A stretch of DNA of 64,000 bases from Chrysomallon squamiferum (Eukaryota > Animalia > Mollusca). Under the pieces are notes generated by a model. It was given only the letters and a program-made list of their open reading frames with translations, had not been told where the DNA came from and ran no database searches. Numbering within the stretch: position 1 is the first letter of the stretch; each line of letters starts with the position of its first letter. The stretch is from positions 34,348,001 to 34,412,000 of the forward strand of contig CM022670.1 of the NCBI GenBank assembly GCA_012295275.1, read 5' to 3'. Shown piece by piece: positions 44,631 through 57,818 of the stretch. The translations under genes were made by a program, and so were the position numbers.

Positions 44631-44841
44631 TATATCTCTCAATTAAGAAAGATAACAAATCCAAAATATATAGATATATATATATTTTTTTTTTATTTTT
44701 TTTTTAATTACTTAAAATAAATTGTTTAATGTTTATGGGTACAACATGTCAGCTTGACATGCTTTCAGCTCTGCATTTTAAAATATTCTGAATCCAGACT
44801 ATGTTACCAAATCTTGCTGTAGAGAATTAGAAACTGATGTA

Positions 44842-44898
44842 CAGGTACTGAACCTTATATCCATCATCCTCAAATCTGGAAAAATCCAGAAAATTGGC

Positions 44899-44964
<66 letters not shown>

Positions 44965-45395
44965 GTGACTACTTTTAAATTAGTCAGGCTGTAAGTACCC
45001 ACTCTCTGCATTAGTTGTTTCCATGACTTACACGTTGAACGGTTTAAGTGAGACTGTTTCTGTATAGAGATAAATCTCTCACAGAAGTCATTACACCTGT
45101 CAAATTAAATTATGTTTTTTTTTTTTATTTATTTAATTTTCATTTGATTAATTACACATGATATTGTAAGAAATTTAAGTGTTTTAAGAAGTGTATTAAT
45201 TTGTACAAATATCATTTAAATAAAATAATGTTCTTTCTTTTCGTAGTTTAATTTTAATCCTATTTAATTATAGATTATAACTCTCTTTAGGTAACTTAAG
45301 ATTTTTAATGGATTAAAAAAGAAGTGTGTATTTTAGAAATCTGGCAAATACAGAAATTCAGTCCCAAGCTTGCAGGATAAATGGTTCAGTACCTG
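44842..45395. mobile_element. Non-autonomous Tc1/mariner-superfamily (pogo/Tigger-like) MITE, 554 bp
   Basis: Terminal inverted repeats CAGGTACTGAACC (13 bp perfect, 19/21 when extended) at 44842 and ending at 45395. Both ends are flanked by TA (44840-44841 and 45396-45397). No coding capacity; internal (TAT)n. Confidence 0.8.
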
Positions 45396-45575
45396 TAGTT
45401 TCTTGTACCTGTGTTATTCACAGGATAGTAATGATGTACACAAATGTATAAAACACTAGAAACCACAAAGATATTTGAGACACCATGCTAGTATATATTA
45501 AAAAAATAATAATCCATATAATACAGAAATACAATTTTATTCCATTAAATGTACCTTTGAAAACATTTCATATTC

Positions 45576-45621
<46 letters not shown>

Positions 45622-45906
45622 CACCTGGAGCAGTAGTCCTTGTTGTAACAGTACTTGTAGCTGTAGAGTAGCTGAGATACTTGTTTTTGTTATTTTAATA
45701 GATTAACACCATTGCTGTCATTATTAGAATGTATATAATGTTTCACCAATATTTGTGTAAATGTATATATAAGGATGAATGTTTAAATATATTGTTGTTG
45801 TTGTTGTTGTTTTGTTGTTGTTGTTGTGGTGGTGGTGCTGTTGCTGTTGTTGTTGCTGTTGTTGTTGTTGTTGTTGTTATTGTTGTTATTTTTGTTTATT
45901 TCACAG

Positions 45907-46099
45907 ATCACAAACCAGGATTCAAGCATCAAACCATTTGTTGAAATTGTCCAGTACAAGAAAAAGAACACTGTGAGAGCGACACTGATCATTGTGGTGA
46001 ATGAAAGTGCTGAGTACGAGTGTGAAGCAGTGAATAATTATATTGGAGGTCCAGGGTCTGACTCGAAGAAAGTTGTCATCAAAACTACACCACCCAGAA
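45907..46099 (+). CDS. Coding exon 4: C-terminal half of second Ig domain plus Thr/Pro linker
   Basis: Acceptor tttatttcacag| (phase 0, matching exon 3) and donor A|gtgagt (phase 1). Reads ITNQDSSIKPFVEIVQYKKKNTVRATLIIVVNESAEYECEAVNNYIGGPGSDSKKVVIKTTPPR, with the YxCxAxN motif that completes the Ig disulfide. Confidence 0.9.
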
Positions 46100-46126
46100 G
46101 TGAGTAGAGTTCTTTCTTATTAAAAT

Positions 46127-46490
<364 letters not shown>

Positions 46491-49400
46491 CTCAAAAAAT
46501 AATAAAACAGTGATTCAGTGATAAGAACATTTCTTGGTATTTGATATTTAGATGTGAAATAATATGTAAAGAAAAATTCATTTCCAGCAGAAAATTAAAA
46601 TGTATTTTCTGACAAATAGAATTTAATATGAAAAATAAAATGTTAACAGTATTTATATTAATTCTGATCTTTATTAAGTCAAGCAAATTTGACCAGGATA
46701 TCTTTTAGAATCAGAGATATGTTATTAATGCAGAAAAGACTTCCAGCAATATGTTGTCTGGGGTTTATAAAGTGGTTCCTCATTGGCAGTGGTATGAGTT
46801 GTCTTTGGGCTGGTTTCTAGCCTTTAGAAGTGGTCTTCAGAATGATTCCTGATTAACAATAGTTAACCCAAAAGTGGTTTTGTCAGTTAGAGTTAACTGT
46901 TTTATGGTCTATTCCTAGTATGTTATTTTATTTCTTTATTTCTTTTTATTGACGTTATTTCCAGTGATAACATTTTTGAAACAATTTCTTTGGGTTAATA
47001 GTGTTGTTGTTTTTCTCAGTGTAGTTTTACATTTAAATGAATGATCTTAATGATGGTTCCTGGTTGATAGGTGCTTATTATCAACATGATTTCAATTAAC
47101 AGAATTTCTCATCAGAAGTGTTTTGAGATAATATGAGTTAACAGTCAAAAGGGTTAACTGGTTTGGTTTATAGCAATCTATGTGCCTTGTATATATAAAA
47201 AAAAAAAAAAAAAAATCTTTACTGTTAAGTATTGTTTATAATACTAAAAACATCTATAGTAGTATTATAAATTTAAAAGGCCATAAGTGAGGAATAAAGA
47301 TAAAATGTCACAGGAATCCTTTTCTGTATCTTCTTCTGAAACTGATTCCACATGGTCAATAATGTAAACTTTGTATGTCCCAGTTTTATGTATACTATAC
47401 ACCTGTGAGTCAGGTGTGGGAGAAGTGAAGAGAGAGAGAGAGAGAGACTTAGAGAAACACAATACTTGTCCACATGAGTTGCTCATCAGCACACAACGAC
47501 AGCCAGAACTGCCAGGCTGGTCCTTAGTGCTCCTGCAAGTGTTTGATTGCTTGTGAAAAAAACACAGCAAATGAGCTGCCACATACAGAAATGATGTAAA
47601 ATGTTTTTCACATGTTAACTGTTGAGAGAAAAATTAAAAAAAAAAAAAAGATTTTGAAAAAGGAACGAGGAAAATTAATGAGAAGGGAAATCTGACTGTC
47701 AGTGTGAATGAGAATTAGAAACTGTATCATAAGGAGACACAGGTTGGAATGGGGGATTAAAGTGATATTAAGGTTACACATGTTGGTGTATATCTGATGT
47801 CACTAAAGTAAATATTGTTAATCTGATGAGTCAATCAGATCAACAAAACAGCACTCCATAAATCTGCCACAAACAACAATCCATCAGTCCATTTATAAAG
47901 CAGATATCCAACCACGGAAAAATGAAAATGTATACAGTCATTGTAATATCAAAACATAATTTATGTTCAGACATTCATTTCAAAAGTTCCCTACATCCAA
48001 ATTAGGTCATTGACAAGCTATTTAAGTTATCCTGTTGACATCTCTTCAGATCTGTTTTCACAGTATGAAAATTAATGAAATGGGTTCACATTATTTCAGT
48101 AATCCTTAAGATTAAACTGAAAACTTGAATTGTCAGCACTTCAAGTGATATTTAACATCAGAAATTGTATTTAAGAAAAGAAAAACAAAAAGAGAAGAAA
48201 TTAAACAAATGAAAAGGTAACCCAGACTAAAGTTCATTATTACTAAACATGCCAGGAACATTCTTGTTTACACTGCAGCACTGATTATCTGACAAGCAAT
48301 AAATATATTTGTTTATGTGGATTGTAAATCAGGCACACCTGATACAGACACCAAATACGGCAATACATCTCTGTGTTTTCAAACATGTCTCTCCTTTATT
48401 TTCATTTCAATCTCTTCTGCTTTCATCACATCTTACACAAACTGCTGCGCCTAACGCCAGCCTCCTCCCAGTCATACATATGTAGCTGTTAGGTAAACAC
48501 CGAGTACCTCATCAGATCTCATAAATATGTTCAGCTAATTGACTCCACAGTCACAGCAAGCCTGGCAGATGTGTGCACCTTTGTAAACCCTTTGGGAGGT
48601 CTGTGTTTCTCATCTACCCCAGGCATGCTGCTGTACACAGCAAGTGATGCCGATACAAATATCATTACATTAGCTTTGATGTGTGCAAAAATATGAATGA
48701 GCCGCGCTGTAAATGGTCCGAGTGTTTGTCTTGCATTGTATGGTGTCATCACCGGTGTTTTTACAGGACAGCAGCTTCAGACAGTTGGTGTGTGTGTGTG
48801 TGTGTGTTTGGGGTCTGCACATGTCAGATGGGTGAGATGGATGTATTTATGATTATGTGTGGATTTGCTGGTGATAGTTTTACAAGTATAAACATGGCCT
48901 CCATGTTTCAGTTCATCTTCTGCTTCTGTCTGGGCGAAAGAAAAATATTGATTTGTCAAACTTTGGTTCCTCTGTGAAGCTGAGATTACCTGTTAGCTAT
49001 CCATCCTTTCGTGTTCTTCATTGCATCCATTCATCTATTCATCAGATCATCCATCTATCCATCTATCCATCAGATCATCCATCCATCTATCCATCAGATC
49101 ATCCATCTATCCATACATCCATCCATCTATCAATCCATTCATTAATATATCTGTCTATCATTAAGACATACAGAATGTCATATCATCTCTTTCTTTTATA
49201 AATTTTATTTATTTTAATTTATGACTTCTTTTTAACATTTTTAAGTGCATTTGGTAATGTCAAAAACTGGTAAATGTACAAAAGTTTAATACACCAAACA
49301 TACATGAGTTGATTCCTGACTTTCCAATCAGGTTCCTTCAAGCTTGGGCAAAATATCTTAAACTTTATTTTTGGGGGTTTAAGATCATCACAAATAATAT

Positions 49401-50189
49401 TGATTTTCTTTAAATTCTTTACAACATATTCATATATTTTTAATTATTTTGCTTAAGCACATAAGATTCAAAGTTCTTCCATGATGGTAATCATCCCTAT
49501 GTTTATCCATTAATCATCCCTGTATTTGTCATGAGTTGTAGGACTTGACTAGTGATCATGCATACAGAGGTTACACTTGAACTGATCAGATATAAGTTAA
49601 TAAGTTTAATTACTACTTTAGTCACTTGCTTTGGCCATTAACCCATTTTATTTAGGTCAGAAAGATAACTGGATGCATCAGACCTGGTTTTCTTTACTTC
49701 TGGGTCAGAAATAAAAAACACAGAGAGTTTTTTGTGTGTGTGAGTTGGGTTTTTTTGGATAAATGTTTACGGATTCTCATCTCATGGCTCCTTGTCTTAT
49801 CTTTTTGGTTTCATGTCTTGTTTATAGAGACAGCTGTATTGGATGGCTTCTAATGATGAGAAATCTGTGTCTGCCACAGATTCTTCACTAATCTGATGTT
49901 AATAGACCTGTTCTACACCATTCATTATTCTCATTTTCAGCAGCCTCCTTTCCATCTTTCCATCAGATGCTGTTACAGCATAGTTATTACACTTCAGTGT
50001 GTTTTAGTCTTTCATACTCAGTTTCATGCAGCAGGCTTTGCTTTGATGGTTACAGCAGAAGTTGAGATCTTTCGAGTTGTGTGATCACTTTCTGCTAAAT
50101 ACCAGTATGTCCTAATTCCCATTTCAGTCACTTTTCTGTGACAGGTCTGTCAGAAACCATGATTTATGCTTCCCCATCTTTATGAAGAC

Positions 50190-50360
50190 AAATATAAAAG
50201 ATCCTTTACTGCTGGCTGAAAAAAAAAAAAAAACCAGTGGCTTCAGCAGGTTTCCTCTCTAATGACATGTATGGTCTTTAACCATACATACAACATCATA
50301 TAACCATTTATTAAAAAGAGCCTGTGTACGTTGTTAAATAAAATGTTTCTCCTTTCTTTC
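50190..50360 (+). mobile_element. Degenerate SINE body/3' end resembling Nin-DC/Deu-domain SINEs of molluscs
   Basis: ATATAAAAGATCCTTTACTGCTG...GTGGCTTCAGCAGGTTTCCTCTCT...TGGTCTTTAACCATA...CATATAACC...GTTAAATAAAATGTTTC follows, from memory, the motif order of the Nin/Deu central domain and a gastropod SINE tail. Not database-verified. Confidence 0.6.
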
Positions 50361-51054
50361 ACATCTTAAAATATAATTTGTGTTTTGTTTTATATAACTG
50401 TTTTGTATGATAACATTCTGTACTTAATACTGGGTAGTTTTCTTCTTTTTTGTGGGTTTTGTGGGAGGGGAGTTGTTTGTTTTTTTCCCTCTTTTTTTTT
50501 GTTTTATTTTATTTTATTTAAATTTTTTGAAATCTCATTTTTACAAGATAAAATCAAGCTTACATTTAACTTTATGACTGTATATGATATTTGCTGTGCC
50601 CATATAAATGCACAGCAATTAAATGATTTAATTTTATTTTGGAAATAATTGATTATATAAATGTATATGGTCATATAATACATAGATTTTGTACACTTAA
50701 CTCTTTTAATCACATACTTTTTTAACATTTATTTCCTTGTACATCTATTTTCTTACATTTATTTCCTTTCATTTTATGACTTCAAAACTGCTTTAAAAAT
50801 ATATTTCTAAATCCCACCATGTCCAAAAGAGTGAAGGAAGGAGATAGGATCAGCTTACTCGCGAACGATGCAGTTATTTTGTTAAGATCAGTTTTTCTCA
50901 CAATTATGTGTTGTTTCTTACATCTAGCATGTCTAGATTGCTTCCTGCCTCCACAGTTTTGTCATTCAGTTAACTTGGTGAACCGTGTACATCATGTTTA
51001 TTTAAAAAACACTTTTCCTTCTTTGTAGTGACGTCCCACTGTTGTAGGTTTTTT

Positions 51055-51275
51055 TTTTATCATGGTACTACATTCACACTGTGGCTGATGGTACATTATG
51101 GTTTAGTATCATTTAAACTTGTAAATGACTACTATCCTGATACAACATTCAGACTAAGGCTAATGGTACATTATGATTTTGTATCATTTAAACTGATAAA
51201 TGGTTTTATCATGGTACAACATTCAGACTAAGGCTAATGGTACATTTTAACTTTTCATCATTTAAACTGATGATT
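51055..51275. repeat. Tandem repeat, ~74-75-bp unit, 3 copies
   Basis: ACATTCAsACT..GGCTrATGGTACATT...ATCATTTAAACT in units starting at about 51061, 51136 and 51210. Confidence 0.9.
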
Positions 51276-52727
51276 TAGGCTAGTGATGTATGTGATACAT
51301 GGGTTTTTATTGCTAAAACGGATCAATTACTGTGTCTCAGTACAACATTTAAATTGAAACTGATAGGACGAAACATCATTAAAATTCCATTAAACAAAGA
51401 AATGTTTCAGTATTTAAGTTAAGACTGATAGGACTTAAGAGTCTGTATTTCGGTACACCATTTTTTAAAAGCCAAATAAGATTATGGAATAGTTTTCGTA
51501 TTCTTACTGATCTGTCCTGGTAATTTTACAGAGTTTTCATATAATTTACTAAATTTTCCCAATCCAACAGAAGCTCTATGTAAATGTAGAGCCACAATCT
51601 TTTATCATTCTTGTTTAGTGACAGTGATTTTTTTATTTTTTTAAATTCTAAAAAAAAAAAGAAAAGCAAAAGAAAAAAGAGAGAGACCGAAACTATGGTG
51701 TAAAAAATAACTGATGTACCTCTTTTTTTTCATTTTTTTTTTTGTTAATTTAAGAGGTAAAAACCATATTTGTTTGTTGATATACCTATGGTGGCACGAA
51801 TGTGTTAATGTCGCCAGCTCTGAGAATAAATGGAGATCGGTGATATTTCACAGTCATATAAATTGCTGTTAATGTTTTAAAAAACTGTAGAGGTTCACTG
51901 GGTGTGAGCTCTGTAATGCGTCTCTGCTGATGAGATAACCACTGCAGCGTGAGGGAGGGTGAACTACATCAGCGTGTGTCCTAATCACTTGCATTTACTG
52001 TTAATCCGCATATGTGTAATCATATACATGTTTATTTTAAATGTGTGTTAATTATCAGCAGGTGCATCAGCATGCACCATATCAGACCTGCGTTCAGTTT
52101 TTTTCCTGCAAAGAACTTTCATGTGGTACAGCGTTTGTGTATGCGTGTGTATGTAATCATAATTACGGCTAACGCATACGTATTTGGTATGTGTTTGTAA
52201 ATATTTCTTGTACTGGGTGAATCTATCTTTGGAAACCTTTTTTTTTTTTAAATGTAAATTTAATCAGTATATTTAATAATATTCAAAATTATTGCCAATA
52301 AGTAAATATATAGATTTTAAAAAACATTTCTGTTTTTCTTTTACAAAGACATAAAAACATTTCAGTAACACTTTATAATCTTGTCAATTTATTTTGATAG
52401 ACAAACTGCAGGCACTGTTAAAATATACACATTCAGTTGTTTAAAAAGCCATGCAGATTATTACAGTAAAGCATTATAATAACTTTAGTTTATATTGACA
52501 CAAAAAGTGTAGCCTATAAAAAAAAAAACACATTCAATTTTTAAAAAGTCATTACTTATTTTTTCACGAAGCCAGGGAATCATTTCAAGTGAGACATTAA
52601 TCTGTGTTTGCACGTGCTGTTACATATTTTTATCTTCATGACATTTCTTAAATTCCACTTTTGTCAAACCATGGCTTTTTCTTCAGCCTGCCCCAACTCC
52701 ATCATGACTTCTTCTTTTTTCTCTCTG

Positions 52728-52760
<33 letters not shown>

Positions 52761-53079
52761 CTCTTTCTGCAATCCTTATCTTCGAGTATCTGTGACCAAG
52801 GGAGTGAAATATGAGGGCAGAAACACAAACACTTCTTTGATTGGGCCAAATGTTTTTGATATCTCCCAATGGCACATGTGTAATGGATTCTACAAAAGTG
52901 GCTTACAGCCAACACACATACACATACGTTGTTGTATTTTTACTATTAATAATTTCAACGGAGATTTTAAAAAAATTATTTTATTTATTTTTGGTTTTTA
53001 TAGCATTTTTTAAAATATACAGCTATAAGCTGATAAGAATATTCTATTTATAATGTAACGGAAACTGTTTCATTTATAT

Positions 53080-53135
53080 ATTTATTTAATTATTTATTTA
53101 CTTACTTAATTATTTATTTATTTATTTACTTACTT

Positions 53136-53167
<32 letters not shown>

Positions 53168-53305
53168 TATTTATTTATTTATTTACTTTATTTATTTATT
53201 TATTAACTTATTTATTTACTTATTTATTTACTTATTTATTTTATTTATTTATTTATTTATCTATTTATTTATTTTTATTTATTTATTTATTTATTTATTT
53301 ATTTG
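53080..53305. repeat. (TATT)n microsatellite
   Basis: Seen directly in the sequence. Confidence 0.95.
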
Positions 53306-54633
53306 TTGTGTCGTGTGTTACTGATAAGTAATTTGAACAAGTAATTTAGAGGTGAAACTCATTTTTCCTTCTGATTTCAAATATATATCAAACTTAAATA
53401 TTTTATAAATTTTATTAAATTTTATTTTTTTATTAACAAACCCCCACACCAATCCACAAATAACCTGAATCCTTGACACAAATCAACTAAATTCAACGAA
53501 AAATAAAAATAAACATTAAGGGATGGGCTTTTATCATGCAGCTCGCAGGGATGGTGTGATAACTGGGCAGTCCTGGTCATCACTTTTATCAGAGCAGTGT
53601 AAAAACGCTACCCAGCATGTGTTGTCTGTTTCCTCAGTGGAGCTGTTACTGCCACATCTGGGGTATGCTGTATTACAGACAGTTTAAACAGAGCAGCTTG
53701 GTCCCTGCAGATAAGCTGGCACTCCGAAACTGTTGGTTAATCACTGATAACTTGATTTTTTTTATATATTTTTTATGTTCTGTAACTGAAATACACTGTG
53801 TGGTCTGTTTGTACACAGACTGTTAGTTGTTATTTCATTTAGAATTAAAATCATGGTTGTAGTGGGGTGAAGTTTTGTTGGGCATCAAATCCCATCTTAT
53901 AATCTGATGATGGTCTTGATGTGCTGAGGATATTCCTATATCCTGAACAAAGATCCACGACTAAATCAATTTATATCCCAGTGAAGGTTTAAGACCAATT
54001 TATGTCCTATGAAAGTCAAACACCCATTTGTGTCTTAAATGAAAGTCTAGCACCTTTATGTTAAGATGTAATGGACAAATAAATATTACTTAAAATTCAT
54101 AAATATTTGTACTTAAAATCAGATATGGAATTTGTGATTTAAAATTTCGAAAAAACTACACGTACTTAGGATACAGTTCATCAGCTGATGTGTTGGTGTA
54201 GACAGTGAAATTCTGTTCTGCTTGATCGCACTTGAGAAATTCAAAACATGTTTCTTATTTAGTATATCTCTGAATTCTGGTATTTGAAACCTCAAGTCAG
54301 ACTGGCTTTTAAAACATTGACACTTACACCAGTGATAAAAACGTAGCTATAAAATTATTTTTAAAATGTGTCTGTCTGTCTAACAGTCCGTGCATTGTTC
54401 TGTAAGAACACAGTTTGTTTATCCGCATTCAGATCTGACAAGTGATGTATGTTTCAGAACACAGAACACGGCTGCGACTAAGTGATTGCCTTTATTACAC
54501 GCAAATAACAGGCAAAAGGAATGTGCATTACTCATTATACAGTTCTAGTCACTCCGCAATTAATCTCTTGTACTGGGAGTTGACTGTTTCAGTTTAGCAG
54601 ATTATTTAATATTCAGACAGAAAAATGTCATTT

Positions 54634-54665
<32 letters not shown>

Positions 54666-54779
54666 CATTTGTTTTGTTTTTTTTATTTATTTTTTTTTTT
54701 TTATTATTTATTTCATTAATCTTTTTTACTTATTATATATTTCATAAAATCTCTTTTACATATGTGCTATGTTGAATTT

Positions 54780-54965
54780 GTATGTTAAAAATGTGTGTAC
54801 ATGTTGTTTGATATATGTGTGTACATATGTTGTGTTGAAATACATATGTTGTGTACATGTTGTGTTGTGTTGAAATGTGTGTATGTGTTGATATATGTGT
54901 GTACATGTTGTGTTTGATATATGTGTGTACATGTTGTGTTGATATATGTGTGTACATGTATGTAC
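54780..54965. repeat. ~25-bp TG-rich minisatellite
   Basis: Repeated ATATATGTGTGTACATGTTGTGTT(T)G. Confidence 0.85.
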
Positions 54966-56174
54966 ACTGTGAAAGGTACATAAATATATATAAAAAAATA
55001 TATATATATATATGTAGATTATGAAGTAAATTAATAAATCAGCAGCAGGCAAGTCTTTGATAAACTCATTAGCTATATTCACCATCACATATTATTTATG
55101 ATTTCACCAGTGTTTATTACCAGTGTGCTAGTCTTCCACTGATAAGTCCTGTCTAAGATTACACGAAGGTAGAACGTGGCTCTAAGCTAGTATTCCTTCC
55201 TTCCTTCCATGCACTGGAAGTCAGTTCCTGGCTGCCTCTAGCCTGCTCTGCAGTGGTAAGATCTGTCCCCAGTCTGCATGCACTGGATGGAAACTGTGTG
55301 ATAAGTGTGATAGCTGTCTGCGGAGTGTGATGTAAAAATCTCTCTCATAAAACTTAGTGTGGAATTAACAGCAAGTCGCGTTTAACACTAACAAATGTCA
55401 GCAGTGGTTGAGGATTTAATTTTTGAGACTTGTTCATTGAAGTAGTTGTTGGAAATGGCCGGCGATTATGAAAAGTGGTGAATGCTCTATGTTTTATCCA
55501 TCGTTTTTGTTTTCTTTGGGGAAAAATAAAGTTTTAAAAAATATTTAAATTTTGGAAAAAAAAAAGAAATGAATTATGAAGATGAAAGTGTGAGTGTTGT
55601 AGAATATTGAAAATTACTTGAAATGGATGATCCTCATTCTAGAATTATTCCCAAAGTGAAAAATTCACATTCCATTTTGTGACTGAATATGTTTACTTAC
55701 TGCATTATGGAATTGCTTAGATATGGAGCAGTCTGTTCATTTTTATTCTTGGACAAAGGAATTTAAATATCTTGAATAGCAGCATTTCACTGGAACAAGA
55801 AATCATCTACATTAAACCATACATCACTGGAATAAGTTTTAGGAATTATTTTGAATAAAAGTGTTAAGCTGTTTATAGGTTGGAATCATTATCATCTTTG
55901 GAGTTATCTTAATTATATATCTAAGTGTTAAACAGCATCACAGATACATTGACTGAGTTTATGTTAATTAGATATGAAATTACATGAACTGAACTATGTA
56001 ACAGGACCTTGAAAATAAGTATGTTAAACTCATATTGCTCTGGTATATATCTGGATTAAGCCAGCATCTCAAAGACTCAGTTGACCTTTTTCTAGACTTC
56101 AGAACTGTATTAATTATAGATGGAAAAAATTTATTTACCAGCCCTTGGGAACCAAGTATAAACTGAAGATGTTA

Positions 56175-56835
56175 ATCTGAGGAATCAAGTGTAGTGAATA
56201 GTGGAGCTCTGGGATCAAGTTAACACAGCCAGAGACTGGCTGGAATTATTCTGAATTTTTTTAAACTTTAGTAATTGTATATTAAATGTATTAAACAGCA
56301 TCAAAGGATTAAGGAATTAAGAATAATCTGAGGAATCAAGTATAGTAATTGGATGGATTTGTGGGGATCAAGTTGATACAACAGAGACTGGTTGGCTGTG
56401 TTCTTATATTTTTGGAATTATATTGTTTATAAATATAAAAACTTTCAGGAATTAAGAATTAACTGAGGAACCACGTGTAGCAAATTGCTGGAGTTGTGGG
56501 ATCAAGTTGACAAAACAGACTGGCTGGCGATGTTCTTCCTTCATATTTTGGAATTGTATGGTATATAAAAAATAAATAAATTGAACTATATCACAACTCT
56601 CAGCAATTAAGAATTAACTGAGGAACAAGTATAGTAAATGGGTGGAGTTGCAGGTTGACAAAACATAGATTGTTTGGAATGGTTCTTCAGTGTTTGGAAT
56701 TACATATAACATTAGGTGTACTGAATAGTGCCAGGGGACTGGGGAACTAAGACTAAACTGAGGACCAAGTGTGGTAAATGGGTGGAGCTGTGGGATCAGG
56801 TTGACACAGCAGAGATTGGCTGGAAGTGTTTTTCT
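56175..56835. repeat. Diverged tandem repeat, ~136-155-bp period, 5 copies
   Basis: CTGAGGAA.CAAGTrTrGT...TGGAG.TGTGGGATCArGTTGACA.AGCAGAGAyTGGyTGG in units starting at about 56175, 56325, 56461, 56616 and 56756. Confidence 0.9.
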
Positions 56836-57361
56836 GTGACTGCCCAGTGTACAGCAGGTGTAGGCAGATCTCTGGGACTGATCACATGTGTTGTGGAGTG
56901 GCTGCCTTCTCTGTTGAAATACACTGGTCAAATCAGCCTGTGCTTTACGAGTGCTGGTCAGATCTTCTTGTTTTGCCATTATCAGTAAACTGTGTGGTTA
57001 AATGGTTTAGTGGAATCCTGGAAATCACTGGAAACATATATAAAAAAAATATATATATAAGCTTGGTTGACATACAGAATTGAGCTGATACTAGATTATG
57101 TTGTGGAAGAATCATGGTTTTAAAAAGTCAGTGATGAAAGCTGGATTCATCATCAAACATGATTACAAAGTAACTGAATTAATTTCAAAAAGTAGAGAAG
57201 CTAAATTATAATAGTGTTGTGTGAAAACATGTTACAAACCCAAGCCAGAATTTTGTTTGCATTGTGAGTGATGCTGAGTGACTTGACATTCAATTAAGAA
57301 GTTCTGTGTGGAATGACTTGAAGTTTTGTTTGAAGATTAATTTTTTGAGTACCTTGGCACC

Positions 57362-57480
57362 ATGGCCAGGTGTAATATGAAACAGTGTGTTGAGTATTGT
57401 GTAACAATGTTTTTCTTATGGAGTATTGTTTTTTTCTCTTTCATGTTGACTGCAGAAACGTCAAGAAAGCCTGGTGTCTG
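57362..57480 (+). CDS. Candidate exon of the same gene: 25-nt internal micro-exon (57456-57480, (K)TSRKPGV-) and/or alternative first coding exon from ATG 57362
   Basis: Pyrimidine tract plus tgcag| at 57455 and strong donor CTG|GTGAGT at 57481. It is open in the frame delivered by exon 4. The upstream gcaccATGG (57362) opens the same frame: MARCNMKQCVEYCVTMFFLWSIVFFSFMLTAETSRKPGV. No downstream partner exon was identified in the window. Confidence 0.55.
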
Positions 57481-57818
57481 GTGAGTAATGTTTTCTCTGT
57501 TATTTCTGTGAGTAATTTGTTAATGCTTGCACCATATGTTGTATAAATTATAATAAATGGTCACTGCCTATACAGTTATATTTCAGTGAATTACTAACCT
57601 TTCAGTTGAAGATTGCTGTGAAATTCTTACAGCTTGAACCTGCATTAACAAACCACCTGCTTTAATACAATAACATTCAAACTTTTGCCATAGTGTTAAA
57701 ATTTTTAACTTCCTTTAACAAAGTGCTTCATCATGACAATTATGTTGAAAGTTCTGCCAAGGTTTTAAACCGTTTTTTTTTTTTTTTTTACTTGTTGCAC
57801 CAGCCTTATTGCAATGAC

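Noticed and set aside
55128-55138. CTAGTCTTCCA, complementary to the first 11 nt of miR-7
   Set aside because: The match does not extend to the mature miRNA, there is no precursor hairpin, and the location is intronic.
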